The translations under genes were made by a program, and so were the position numbers. The notes beneath the pieces were generated by a model. That model was not told where the DNA came from. It saw only the letters and a program-made list of their open reading frames with translations, and ran no database searches. A DNA stretch of 64,000 nt from an uncultured Eubacteriales bacterium (GTDB lineage: Bacteria > Bacillota > Clostridia > Oscillospirales > Oscillospiraceae): contig OMZQ01000001.1 of the NCBI GenBank assembly GCA_900315595.1, positions 111,775 through 175,774 on the forward strand. Reading direction: 5' to 3'. Below are positions 18,577-27,178 of this stretch, one piece after another (within the stretch, counting starts at the first letter, position 1; each line of letters starts with the position of its first letter).

Positions 18577-19663
18577 GTTCTTCTACAGTCAGCCGGTCCG
18601 CATCTGGTTCGGGGCCGGGCAGTTTGACCGGCTCGGTGAGATCCTAAATGAGCTTGGGCTCAAGCACTGCGTGGCCGTCTGCGACCCGTTTTTGAAGATC
18701 AAGCTGGAAGCTCTGTCCACACAAAACAAGGCGATCTGCGCCGTCTTCTCCGGCGTGGAGGAAAATCCCCAGCTTTCCGGGGTTGAGGCCGTGATCCGTC
18801 TGATCCGGGAGACCGGAGCGGACGGCGTGATCGGCGTCGGCGGCGGCAGCACGATGGACACCGCCAAATTCGCCGCAGCCGCTGCAAGTGCCGATGGGGA
18901 AGCCATCGACTGCTTCCGCGGCGCCTGCCCCTTCCCTGCCGTCCATATCCCGGTTCTGACCGTTCCCACGACAGCCGGAACCGGGAGCGAGGTCACGCAG
19001 GTCTCCGTGATCAGCCACGGCAGGGAGAAAAAGACGATTAACAACCCCGCCTTCATGCCGAAGGCGGCTGTCGTCGATCCCCTGCTGACCCTTTCCGTGC
19101 CGAAGCGAACGACGATGAACACCGGCCTGGACGCGCTTGCGCATGCGCTGGAGGGCTATTGGAGCGTCAACCACCAGCCGATCTCCGACCAGATGGCAAA
19201 GGAGGCCGTGCGCCTCGTTCTGAACAATCTGGAACAGGCCTGGCGGGACGGCGGCGATCCGGAGGCACGGACGAATCTTTCGCTTGCCGCCCTGTTCGGC
19301 GGTTTGGCCTTTGCGCTGCCCAAGACGGCCGGCTCCCACGCCTGCTCCTATCCCCTGTCCGAGGATTACGGTCTGCCCCACGGTGAGGCCTGCGCCTTCA
19401 CCCTGGACAGCTTCGTCCGGATCAACGCTGACGCGCGTCTGGAGGCTCTCTGCCGAAGCGCGGGTCTGTCCGGGACCGATGAGCTTGCCGAACGGATCGC
19501 CGCGCTCAAGCGGCTGGGCGGGCTGCGGACGCGGCTCTCCGACCTCGGCGAAGTCGATCTGGACAAGCTGGCGCACGACGCCGCAGTCCATCCCCTGATG
19601 CAAAACAACCCCGTCCGGATGGACGAGGCCGCACTGCGTCGGATGTTTGAAGCGCTGGCATGA
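18566..19663 (+). CDS. Iron-containing (group III) alcohol dehydrogenase
   Basis: 365 aa from ATG 18566, an 11-nt overlap with the isomerase gene. GVGGGSTMDTAK nucleotide loop and metal-site His residues (LDALAHALE, HGEACA). The ORF-track start at 18347 lies inside the upstream gene. Confidence 0.85.
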   Translation: MGLEFFYSQPVRIWFGAGQFDRLGEILNELGLKHCVAVCDPFLKIKLEALSTQNKAICAVFSGVEENPQLSGVEAVIRLIRETGADGVIGVGGGSTMDTAKFAAAAASADGEAIDCFRGACPFPAVHIPVLTVPTTAGTGSEVTQVSVISHGREKKTINNPAFMPKAAVVDPLLTLSVPKRTTMNTGLDALAHALEGYWSVNHQPISDQMAKEAVRLVLNNLEQAWRDGGDPEARTNLSLAALFGGLAFALPKTAGSHACSYPLSEDYGLPHGEACAFTLDSFVRINADARLEALCRSAGLSGTDELAERIAALKRLGGLRTRLSDLGEVDLDKLAHDAAVHPLMQNNPVRMDEAALRRMFEALA

Positions 19664-20574
19664 AGCAGTCGAAAAACGCCGCTATGATGCTGGCAATGGT
19701 GGTTGCCTGGTCGGTCTTCTATACGGTATCGAAGGTCACGGTGGACGCCACCGGCTCCGTCTTTGCCGCCGGTTTTCTGCTGCGCGTCGCGGCCTTGATC
19801 TTTCTGACGGTCCAGCTCCTCGCTGACGGAAACTTCAAGCTGTTGTTCCATCCCGGAAAGGCCGCATGGATTCTGGTTTTGATCGGCGTTTTCGGTTTTC
19901 TGCTGGATCTGTTTGCCAATCTCGGCTACGCGGGCGGCTCGCTCAGCACCGGTACGGCCCTGCTCAAGACGGACGTTCTGATGGTGAATCTGATCACGGT
20001 GCTCGTCTATCGCAAAAAGCTCTACGAAACGGACTGGCTCGGTACGGCGGTGATGCTGGTCGGCGTATTGCTGGTGCTTGGGATCGACTTTTCCGGCTTC
20101 TCTCTGCATCTGACCGATCTGTTTTTCCTCGCCAGCGCCGCCTGCGTGACTGCCAACGCCTTTCTGATCAAGGCCGCGCAGGACAAGTACGGCAAGACCA
20201 CAGACGAGATCTCCTATTACAACAACCTTGTCGTTCTGATCCTCTTTGGTCTGTTCACCCTGGTCCGGGGAGACCTGAACGGCCTGAACGCCAGAGTCGG
20301 CTCCGGCTTCTGGCCGCTGGTACTGCTGGGCGGTTTCGCCCAGGCCGGTATCTATTTCTTCTATTACCGGAATCTGAAACGAAACGAGGTCTGGGTGGTC
20401 AAGCTCTGGCTGCTTGGCATGCCGATCGTCAGCTCTCTGATCGGCGCGGTCTTTCTGCACGAGCGGCTCACGCTCTGGAAGATCGTGGGAATCGCGGTCG
20501 TCCTGCTCGGCGCGGGGATCATCCTCTTACGCGGCAGACTGAACGCAAGGCGAAACGGCGGAGCCGAATCATAA
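19660..20574 (+). CDS. EamA/DMT-family transporter
   Basis: 304 aa. ATGA overlap with the ADH gene. Ten hydrophobic segments arranged as two EamA repeats. Confidence 0.8.
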   Translation: MKQSKNAAMMLAMVVAWSVFYTVSKVTVDATGSVFAAGFLLRVAALIFLTVQLLADGNFKLLFHPGKAAWILVLIGVFGFLLDLFANLGYAGGSLSTGTALLKTDVLMVNLITVLVYRKKLYETDWLGTAVMLVGVLLVLGIDFSGFSLHLTDLFFLASAACVTANAFLIKAAQDKYGKTTDEISYYNNLVVLILFGLFTLVRGDLNGLNARVGSGFWPLVLLGGFAQAGIYFFYYRNLKRNEVWVVKLWLLGMPIVSSLIGAVFLHERLTLWKIVGIAVVLLGAGIILLRGRLNARRNGGAES

Positions 20575-20620
20575 ACCGTACCGGGTGCGAAAACAAGCGT
20601 TTTCGCACCCGGTACGGTTT
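20573..20620. terminator. Bidirectional rho-independent terminator
   Basis: 22-bp perfect stem AAACCGTACCGGGTGCGAAAAC / GTTTTCGCACCCGGTACGGTTT with a 4-nt loop. It exactly fills the gap between the convergent stops. Confidence 0.75.
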
Positions 20621-21358
20621 TTATGAAAAGAAGGATCGAATCGCTTCTGTCACCTGATCGAGGTGTCTGTCATAGCAGTGGGTATCGCCCTCGATGGGTA
20701 CGAGGGTGCAGTTCCGGTAAAGCGCGGCTGTCTGCTCGCCCCAACGGAACGGGACCGTGGCGTCGGCTGTGCCGTGGATCAGAAGCACCGGACCGTTGAA
20801 GCTCCGTGCCGCCGCATCGGCGTCGATCGTCTGGGCGGAGCGGATATAATTGCCGTCCAGGATCCGCTGCGGACCGAGGTGGATCTCATCCGGGACGTTG
20901 GCCGGGTCAAAGACGCCGCCGAGGATCGAACCCATTCGCGCCCCATCCGGGATCATATAGGCCGGAGAGAGCAGGATCAGGCCGTCCACACGGTCACGCC
21001 TGCAAGAGCCTGCCAGCATTGCGGTCAGACCGCCCTGTGAATGTCCGCCAAGCCACAACTCCGAAACAAAGTCCAGACCGGCGGCGTAGTCGATCGCGGT
21101 CACTGCGTTGGAGACCCATTTGGGGATCGTGTGGTCCCGGAACGAGCCGCCGCTTTGCCCGTGACCGTAAAGATCGAGGCGAAGCGTGGCAAAGCCGCAA
21201 TCACGCAGAGACCGGCAGACCGCAAGGATATGCCGCTCCTCCTTATTCCCGGTGAAGCCGTGGAGGATCACGGCGAGCGGTTGTTTCTCCGGCGCTTCGG
21301 CAGGCCGCTCCAGAACACAGTCCAGATGAACGCCTTGATCAAAAAGAGAAACGCGCAT
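20621..21358 (-). CDS. Alpha/beta hydrolase (serine esterase/peptidase S9-like)
   Basis: About 245 aa. HGFTGN oxyanion region and GHSQGG nucleophile elbow. ATG 21358 follows GGAAGGAG. Confidence 0.8.
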   Translation of the reverse strand: MRVSLFDQGVHLDCVLERPAEAPEKQPLAVILHGFTGNKEERHILAVCRSLRDCGFATLRLDLYGHGQSGGSFRDHTIPKWVSNAVTAIDYAAGLDFVSELWLGGHSQGGLTAMLAGSCRRDRVDGLILLSPAYMIPDGARMGSILGGVFDPANVPDEIHLGPQRILDGNYIRSAQTIDADAAARSFNGPVLLIHGTADATVPFRWGEQTAALYRNCTLVPIEGDTHCYDRHLDQVTEAIRSFFS

Positions 21359-21377
21359 CAAAAGCTCCTTCCTTCGG

Positions 21378-22151
21378 CTACAGTACGCCGAACAGCTCCA
21401 GGATCACGCGGATCAGAAGCAGAGACAGGACGACCAGAATGACGGGACGGACGATTTTAGAACCGTTTTTGATCGCTAATCCCGAGCCGACGTAATGCCC
21501 GGCGATCGAGAAGCAGGCTGCGATCAGGCCGATCCAGATCAGAACCTTTCCCGCCAGAAGCGAGGTCGTCAGAGCGGCAAGATTCGATGAGAAGTTGGCA
21601 ACCTTCACGTTTCCGGAGGCTGTGCGAACGTCCAACTTTGCAAGGGTACAATAGGCCAGCAGCAGGAAGGTCCCGGTGCCTGGGCCGTAGAAGCCGTCAT
21701 AGACGCCGATCAGAAACGTACTGATCCAAACGATGGCGCGGCGCTTCCCCACTGCCATCTCCCCTTCCGTCTCCGGCAGAGATTTCTGGCGCAGCAGGAT
21801 CAGAGCGGACAAAGGAAGGACGACGACCAGGACGTATTTCAGGATCCGTTCGTCCACGGCAAGCTGGATCTTCGTTCCGAAGAATGCGCCGGCCATTGCA
21901 AGCAGAGCCGAGGGAATGGCCAGCCCCCAGTTGACGTAGCCTTTCTTCAGATATCGGGTTGTAGAGACCGCTGTGCCAATACAGGAGGACATCTTGTTCG
22001 TGCCGAGGGCAAAGTGCGTGGGCAAGCCGGAGAGCAGGTAGATCGGAACCGAGATGATCCCTCCCCCGCCGCCGATGGAGTCCACAAAGCCCGCCGCAAA
22101 AACACCGACCCCGATGATCAGCACGACCCAGATCGGATAACCGGAAATCAC
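21378..22151 (-). CDS. TauE/SafE (DUF81) family anion exporter
   Basis: 257 aa, 7-8 TM, with FVDSIGGGGG and GFYGPGTGTF repeats typical of TauE/SafE. GTG start overlaps the glgA stop (GTGA). Confidence 0.85.
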   Translation of the reverse strand: MISGYPIWVVLIIGVGVFAAGFVDSIGGGGGIISVPIYLLSGLPTHFALGTNKMSSCIGTAVSTTRYLKKGYVNWGLAIPSALLAMAGAFFGTKIQLAVDERILKYVLVVVLPLSALILLRQKSLPETEGEMAVGKRRAIVWISTFLIGVYDGFYGPGTGTFLLLAYCTLAKLDVRTASGNVKVANFSSNLAALTTSLLAGKVLIWIGLIAACFSIAGHYVGSGLAIKNGSKIVRPVILVVLSLLLIRVILELFGVL

Positions 22152-23887
22152 GGTTTGATCTCCAGATACAGGCTGCGGTAAAGCATTGCGCTGCGTTCCC
22201 AGGAGACGTCCTTTTCCATATCGCGGACGACCATTTCATCCCAGCGGGCGCGTTCGGTAAAGAACAGCGTTTTTGCGCGGTTGATCGCGTCGAGCAGAAG
22301 GCCGGATTCATAGCGGTCAAAGGTGAAGCCGTTCCCTTCGCCGGTATAGGTGTTAAAGGGCTGAACGGTATCCTTGAGGCCGCCGGTCTCACGGACGACG
22401 GGGACGGTGCCGTAGCGCATGGCGATCAGCTGGGTCAGACCGCAGGGCTCAAACAGGGACGGGACCAGAAGCGCGTCAGCGGCTGCATAGATCCGGTGCG
22501 CGCGGGTTTCATCATACATGATGTTGGAGCAGACGCTGCCGCGATAGTTGTTTTCAAACCAGCGGAAGGAATCCTCATAGCGCTGATCGCCGGTGCCGAG
22601 GACGACGAACTGCGTGTTGCCGTCGAGCATCTGCGGAAGAATCGAATTGACGAGATCCAGACCCTTCTGATCGGTCAGCCGGGAGATCAGACCGATCATC
22701 ATCTTTCCCTCGTTGACCTCCAAACCGAGCTCCTCCTGCAGCGCACGCTTGTTTGCCCGCTTCTGCGCAACGGCATTGGAGCAGGAATAGTTTGCAGGGA
22801 TCAGGGCGTCGGACGCGGGGTCCCAGAGCGTCGTCTCGATGCCGTTGACGATGCCGCTGAGCTTCCCGCTGTGATAGCGGAGATGCGCGTCAAGTCCGTC
22901 TCCGTAGAACGGATCCTGGATCTCCCAGGCATAGGTCTGGCTGACCGTGGTGACGCGGTCCGCGTAGGCGATTCCGCCCTTGAGCAGATTGGCGTCCTGG
23001 TCGCCCTGCTTGAGCGCGCCCATCTCAAAGACGGAATCGGGCAGGCCGGTCCAGTATTGGATCGTCGGGACGTTGTAGACGCCCTGGAAGCGAAGATTAT
23101 GGATCGTCAGGATCGTTCTGGCGGAGGCAACCGGCGTATCGGCAAAGAGGGTGCGCAGATAGACCGGAACCAGCGACGCCTGCCAGTCGTGAACGTGGAT
23201 CACGTCGGGGATCCAGTTCATATAGTTCAGCGCAGCCAGAGCGGCCTTGGAGAAAAAGCAGAACCGGGGAATATCGTCGATCAGGTTCGTATACGGGTTG
23301 CCCGTGGAGAAGAACTCGTCGTTTTCAATGAAGTCATAGACGACGCCGTCCCACACGTATTCCATGATACCGACGTGGAAGGACCGTCCGTCTGCGCAGA
23401 GGTCCATGCGGAAGGTCCCGCGCCAGACCATCTTCTCGTGGAACTGCTGCGGAATGCAGCGATACTTGGGGAGAATCACCTTGACGTCGCAGTTGAGTCG
23501 AGAAAGCGCTTTGGGCAGGGCATACATCACGTCGCCAAGTCCGCCTGTCTTGACGAAGGGGTAACACTCGGAGCCGATGAAGGCGACGCTTCTGCGGGGC
23601 TGGGGCAGCTCGGGAGCCTGCTCCTCTGCGACGGGTACGGGTTCGGCGGCGGGCGCCTTCTTCGCGGCAGCCTTGCGGGACGGCTGCTTTGCGGCAGGCG
23701 TCTTCTTCGGCTCGGCGGGGGCGTTTTCAGCGGTCTTTTTCTTCGGCTCTGCGGTCTTTTTCGCGGTCGTTCTGCGCGCCGTTCTCTTTGCAGGCTTTTC
23801 TGCCTCGGTCTTATCGGTAAGGACGGAACGCTCGTTCAGGGGCTTATCATCCGTCGTTTTTTCTTTTTTTGTTTTCTGATTCGGCAT
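22148..23887 (-). CDS. glgA: Glycogen/starch synthase with about 100-aa Lys/Ala/Pro-rich N-terminal extension
   Basis: 579 aa with an AAAGGAGA RBS. The GT5 core starts near residue 100 (FIGSECYPFVKTGGLGDV) and continues to EPCGLTQL. Residues 1-98 are basic low-complexity sequence (AKKTAEPKKKTAENAPAEPKKTPAAKQPSRKAAAKKAPAAEP). Confidence 0.9.
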   Translation of the reverse strand: MPNQKTKKEKTTDDKPLNERSVLTDKTEAEKPAKRTARRTTAKKTAEPKKKTAENAPAEPKKTPAAKQPSRKAAAKKAPAAEPVPVAEEQAPELPQPRRSVAFIGSECYPFVKTGGLGDVMYALPKALSRLNCDVKVILPKYRCIPQQFHEKMVWRGTFRMDLCADGRSFHVGIMEYVWDGVVYDFIENDEFFSTGNPYTNLIDDIPRFCFFSKAALAALNYMNWIPDVIHVHDWQASLVPVYLRTLFADTPVASARTILTIHNLRFQGVYNVPTIQYWTGLPDSVFEMGALKQGDQDANLLKGGIAYADRVTTVSQTYAWEIQDPFYGDGLDAHLRYHSGKLSGIVNGIETTLWDPASDALIPANYSCSNAVAQKRANKRALQEELGLEVNEGKMMIGLISRLTDQKGLDLVNSILPQMLDGNTQFVVLGTGDQRYEDSFRWFENNYRGSVCSNIMYDETRAHRIYAAADALLVPSLFEPCGLTQLIAMRYGTVPVVRETGGLKDTVQPFNTYTGEGNGFTFDRYESGLLLDAINRAKTLFFTERARWDEMVVRDMEKDVSWERSAMLYRSLYLEIKP

Positions 23888-24012
23888 AATCGGGAATCTC
23901 CTTTCGAAAGATCCAATCGTTCTGTAATGGGGATTGCTGCATATTATAGTGTAAAATTTCGAATTGTCAAGCTGTTCGTTTTTTCCAGTTTTCCCGGTTT
24001 TCGTAAAATAAT

Positions 24013-24067
24013 CGGCATATTCGTGCAGAAAAACGAAATTTTTCCGTCAGACTGCACGAATATGCCG
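24013..24067 (-). terminator. Long hairpin downstream of the flavin reductase gene
   Basis: Perfect 16-bp arms CGGCATATTCGTGCAG / CTGCACGAATATGCCG with a 23-nt loop. On the minus strand it is followed by ATTATTTT. Confidence 0.45.
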
Positions 24068-24094
24068 CGGTAACTTATACGCTCTTTGCCCGAA

Positions 24095-24568
24095 TCAGAG
24101 AATCTCTGTGACCTCTCCCATGATGAGAGAATGCGGCTCGATCCCGTTCTGGTAGATCCGCTTGGCGGCCTCGGGAACGGAGTCGTAGTCCAGCTCGTGC
24201 ATATAGAGCTTTTTCAGGATGAAGGTCTGCTCTGCTTCGGCAAAGGTCATGCCGCCCTGCACAGGCTTCGGCGTCAGTCCGGCTTCCGCGATCTTATCGC
24301 AGTCGCGGCCGGAGAGCGTTCCCATCTTACTCAGGGCTTCGCGGCAGTGCGCGGGAAAGAAGGATACCGTGAAGGTATCGTTCTCCTTCAGAAAACGCCA
24401 GGTATAGCGGTCCGGGCGCACGTAGACGGAGACGACCGGTTTATTCCAGATCGTACCCATCGAGCCCCAGGAGATCGTCATGCTGTTATAATGCTCGGGC
24501 GTGCCGGCGGTGACCAGAGCCCAGTCAGAGTTGAAGCGTTCAAAGGGATTGATGCGGATTTCCTGCAT
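24095..24568 (-). CDS. Flavin reductase-like FMN-binding split-barrel protein
   Basis: 157 aa from ATG 24568 (GGAAAGGA upstream). The ORF track extends to a TTG at 24592. ISWGSMGTIWNKPV region is typical of the family. Confidence 0.7.
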   Translation of the reverse strand: MQEIRINPFERFNSDWALVTAGTPEHYNSMTISWGSMGTIWNKPVVSVYVRPDRYTWRFLKENDTFTVSFFPAHCREALSKMGTLSGRDCDKIAEAGLTPKPVQGGMTFAEAEQTFILKKLYMHELDYDSVPEAAKRIYQNGIEPHSLIMGEVTEIL

Positions 24569-24598
24569 AGTCAAACTGTCCTTTCCGTTCAAATCAAC

Positions 24599-25192
24599 TT
24601 ACAGATACCAGATTTTACAGACGATCGCCGTTCCGGTTTCCCCTGCAGCGTGCAGATGCATGGCTTCCGGCTCCCGTTCAAGGACGGCTTCCCCGCCGCG
24701 CAGCGCGATCTCTTCGGAACCGTTTTGTACCAGGATCGAACCGGATGCGCAGAAGACGAGAATTGCAGCGTACGACCTGCCCTCAGGCGTCCGTCTGCCG
24801 GAGGCGATCAGTTTTGAGCCGCTGTGCAGGATCGAAGCGTCCATGCTTCCGTCCACGGCTTGCTTTCGGAGCATCAGATTGAAGTCCGTGCAGCGTCCGC
24901 GGCTGCGGGTCGCAGCGCCGCCGTCAAAGCGGTGTACCTCGTAAGGACGCAGATGAAGCCATGCGGCATCGTCATGGGAAAGGTCGATCTCTCCCTGCAG
25001 GGTGGTGATCAGACGATCGTAATCCGGAAGCAGGGTAAAATCCGAGGCTTCAAGCTCCACAGTGGCGGAGCTGATTCTCCATAGAAACTCCCGCTCGGCG
25101 TAGGACGCGCCGTCCGGCGCGATGGCAAGTTGAGTGGTTTTGCCGCCCGACCAGGTGGTGGTCACGAAATCGGGCGAGGTCAGCTTCAGCAT
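24599..25192 (-). CDS. HutD/Ves-family cupin protein
   Basis: 197 aa. N-terminal W-SGG-T-QLAI-P signature and double beta-barrel repeat pattern. Confidence 0.65.
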   Translation of the reverse strand: MLKLTSPDFVTTTWSGGKTTQLAIAPDGASYAEREFLWRISSATVELEASDFTLLPDYDRLITTLQGEIDLSHDDAAWLHLRPYEVHRFDGGAATRSRGRCTDFNLMLRKQAVDGSMDASILHSGSKLIASGRRTPEGRSYAAILVFCASGSILVQNGSEEIALRGGEAVLEREPEAMHLHAAGETGTAIVCKIWYL

Positions 25193-25210
25193 ATTCGCGC
25201 CCCCGGCGGA

Positions 25211-26545
25211 TTATTCCGCGATCAGGGTGCCGACGGGACCGGTGACCAGATGGGTGCTGTAGAAGGCTTCTCCGGCCCGCTCCAGATACTCGAGGTCGCG
25301 GACGCCTGCGGTCTCAAACGCGCTGTGCATGGCAAGCTGGGCAAGACCGAGATCAACGGTGTTCATGGAGACGTGGGCCATCGCAATATTGCCGAGCGTG
25401 CTGCCGCCTGCGGCGTCGGAGCGGTTGGCAAAGTACTGCAGAGGCACGCCCGCCTTCTCGCAGATCCCCTTGAACAGAGCCACGGAGACGGCGTCGCTGG
25501 TATACTTTTGACCTGCGTGGGCCTTGACCACGATGCCCTCGTTCATGTAGGTGCAGTTGATGGCGTCGGTCTTTTCGGGGTGGTTGGGATGAACGGCGTG
25601 GGCGTTGTCGCAGGAGAGCATGAAGCTCCGGGCCGTCATGCACCGGTAATCCTCGTCGTCCATGCCAAGGCCGCGGACGATTCGATAGAGCACGTCGGAC
25701 AGGAAGGTGGAATCCGCGCCTTGCTTGGTGCCGGAGCCGACCTCCTCATTGTCAAAGCAGGCGTAGACCTGGATGGACTTCTCATTGCTGCCGCGCAGGA
25801 AGCCGCGCAGATTTCCGTAAGCGCATTCCAGATCGTCCAGACGACCGGCGGAGACGAACTCCCGGTTCATGCCCCAGACGGTGGGCTCGGTGCGGCTGTA
25901 AAGATAGAGGTCCGTGCCGAGCAGATCCTCGACCGCGCAGCCGGCTTCCGCAGCGACCAGCTTCTTGAAATCGCCGGGCTTCATCTCGCCGGAGCCGATC
26001 AGGGGCAGCATGTCCACCTGCTTGTTGTAGGAGAGTCCGTCGTTGGCTTGACGGTTCATGTGGATGGCGACGTTCGGGATCAGGACCAGATCGCGGTCAA
26101 AGTTGATCAGCCGGGATTCGAAGGTTTCCCGCTCCCCTTCCTGCTTGCGGACGAGAACGCGGCCTGCAATGGAAAGCGGACGGTCCAGCCAGGTGGAGCA
26201 GAGCATACCGCCGTAGCCCTCGGTGTTGAGCTGCATATAGTGATCGCGAACGCGAAGCTCGGCGTTTTCCTTGATTTTGAAGCAGGGAGAGTCGCTGTGC
26301 GAGGCCGTAACCATGAAGCCGGCGTCGGACAGATCGGTACCGACGCGGAAGGCGATGATGCTGGAGCCGTTGCGCGTGGTGAAATAGCGGCCGCCGGGAC
26401 GGACGGTCCAACGGTTCGTCTCGGCCAGCTCCTCAAAGCCTTCGTCGAGAAGCATCTGCTTGAGATTTGCGACGGCGTGGAAGGCAGAGGGACTCTTTTT
26501 CAGGAATTCCATCAGGCCGTGAATGGATTCATTTGTCTGTGTCAT
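25211..26545 (-). CDS. M18-family (aspartyl) aminopeptidase
   Basis: 444 aa from ATG 26545, which follows AAGGAGG. HSDSPCFKIK, FDNEEVGS and CDNAHAVHPN metal-site motifs. Confidence 0.85.
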   Translation of the reverse strand: MTQTNESIHGLMEFLKKSPSAFHAVANLKQMLLDEGFEELAETNRWTVRPGGRYFTTRNGSSIIAFRVGTDLSDAGFMVTASHSDSPCFKIKENAELRVRDHYMQLNTEGYGGMLCSTWLDRPLSIAGRVLVRKQEGERETFESRLINFDRDLVLIPNVAIHMNRQANDGLSYNKQVDMLPLIGSGEMKPGDFKKLVAAEAGCAVEDLLGTDLYLYSRTEPTVWGMNREFVSAGRLDDLECAYGNLRGFLRGSNEKSIQVYACFDNEEVGSGTKQGADSTFLSDVLYRIVRGLGMDDEDYRCMTARSFMLSCDNAHAVHPNHPEKTDAINCTYMNEGIVVKAHAGQKYTSDAVSVALFKGICEKAGVPLQYFANRSDAAGGSTLGNIAMAHVSMNTVDLGLAQLAMHSAFETAGVRDLEYLERAGEAFYSTHLVTGPVGTLIAE

Positions 26546-26690
26546 AGGTTTATCCTCCTTGGTTTCAGACCCGGGCTTGAAATTCGGTCCGGTATTCTCT
26601 TGATTCATTTTAGCACGGCGGCGCGGCGTTTGCAAGCCCTTCTCTTACGAAAAGGTATAATACGGACAAAATCGCATATTCTGAAATCGG

Positions 26691-27176
26691 GTGATGAAAA
26701 TGAAGAAAACTGCATGGAAGGCCTACGCCGGATGGATCCTCGGAACGGAGGCCGTCGGAGCGCTTGCCGGCTTTCTGACCCGCGAGGGTACGGAGCTCTA
26801 CAAGACCACGATCCAAAAGCCGCCGCTCTCCCCTCCGGCCATCGTATTTCCGATCGTCTGGTCCGTGCTCTACGCGTTGATGGGCGTCGGCGCGGCCAGG
26901 ATCTGGCTGAGGCCGAAAAGCAGCGCCAGACAGAAAGCGCTTGGCTTCTATCTGGCGCAGTTGGGCTTTAACTTTGGTTGGAGCCTGATCTTTTTCAACG
27001 CGCAGAACTTCGGTCTGGCTTTCGTCTGGCTTGGCGTTCTGCTTGCGCTGATCGTGTGGATGATCGCCTATTTTGCAAAGGTGGCTCGGGCTGCGGCCTG
27101 GCTCCAGCTTCCCTACGCCCTGTGGGTGACCTTTGCGGGGTATCTGAACTACGGGGTATGGATGCTGAATCGGTAG
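26691..27176 (+). CDS. tspO: TspO/MBR tryptophan-rich sensory protein
   Basis: 161 aa, five TM. PPLSPP..FPIVW and WLQLPYALWVTFAGYLN signatures. Confidence 0.85.
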   Translation: MMKMKKTAWKAYAGWILGTEAVGALAGFLTREGTELYKTTIQKPPLSPPAIVFPIVWSVLYALMGVGAARIWLRPKSSARQKALGFYLAQLGFNFGWSLIFFNAQNFGLAFVWLGVLLALIVWMIAYFAKVARAAAWLQLPYALWVTFAGYLNYGVWMLNR

Positions 27177-27178
27177 GG

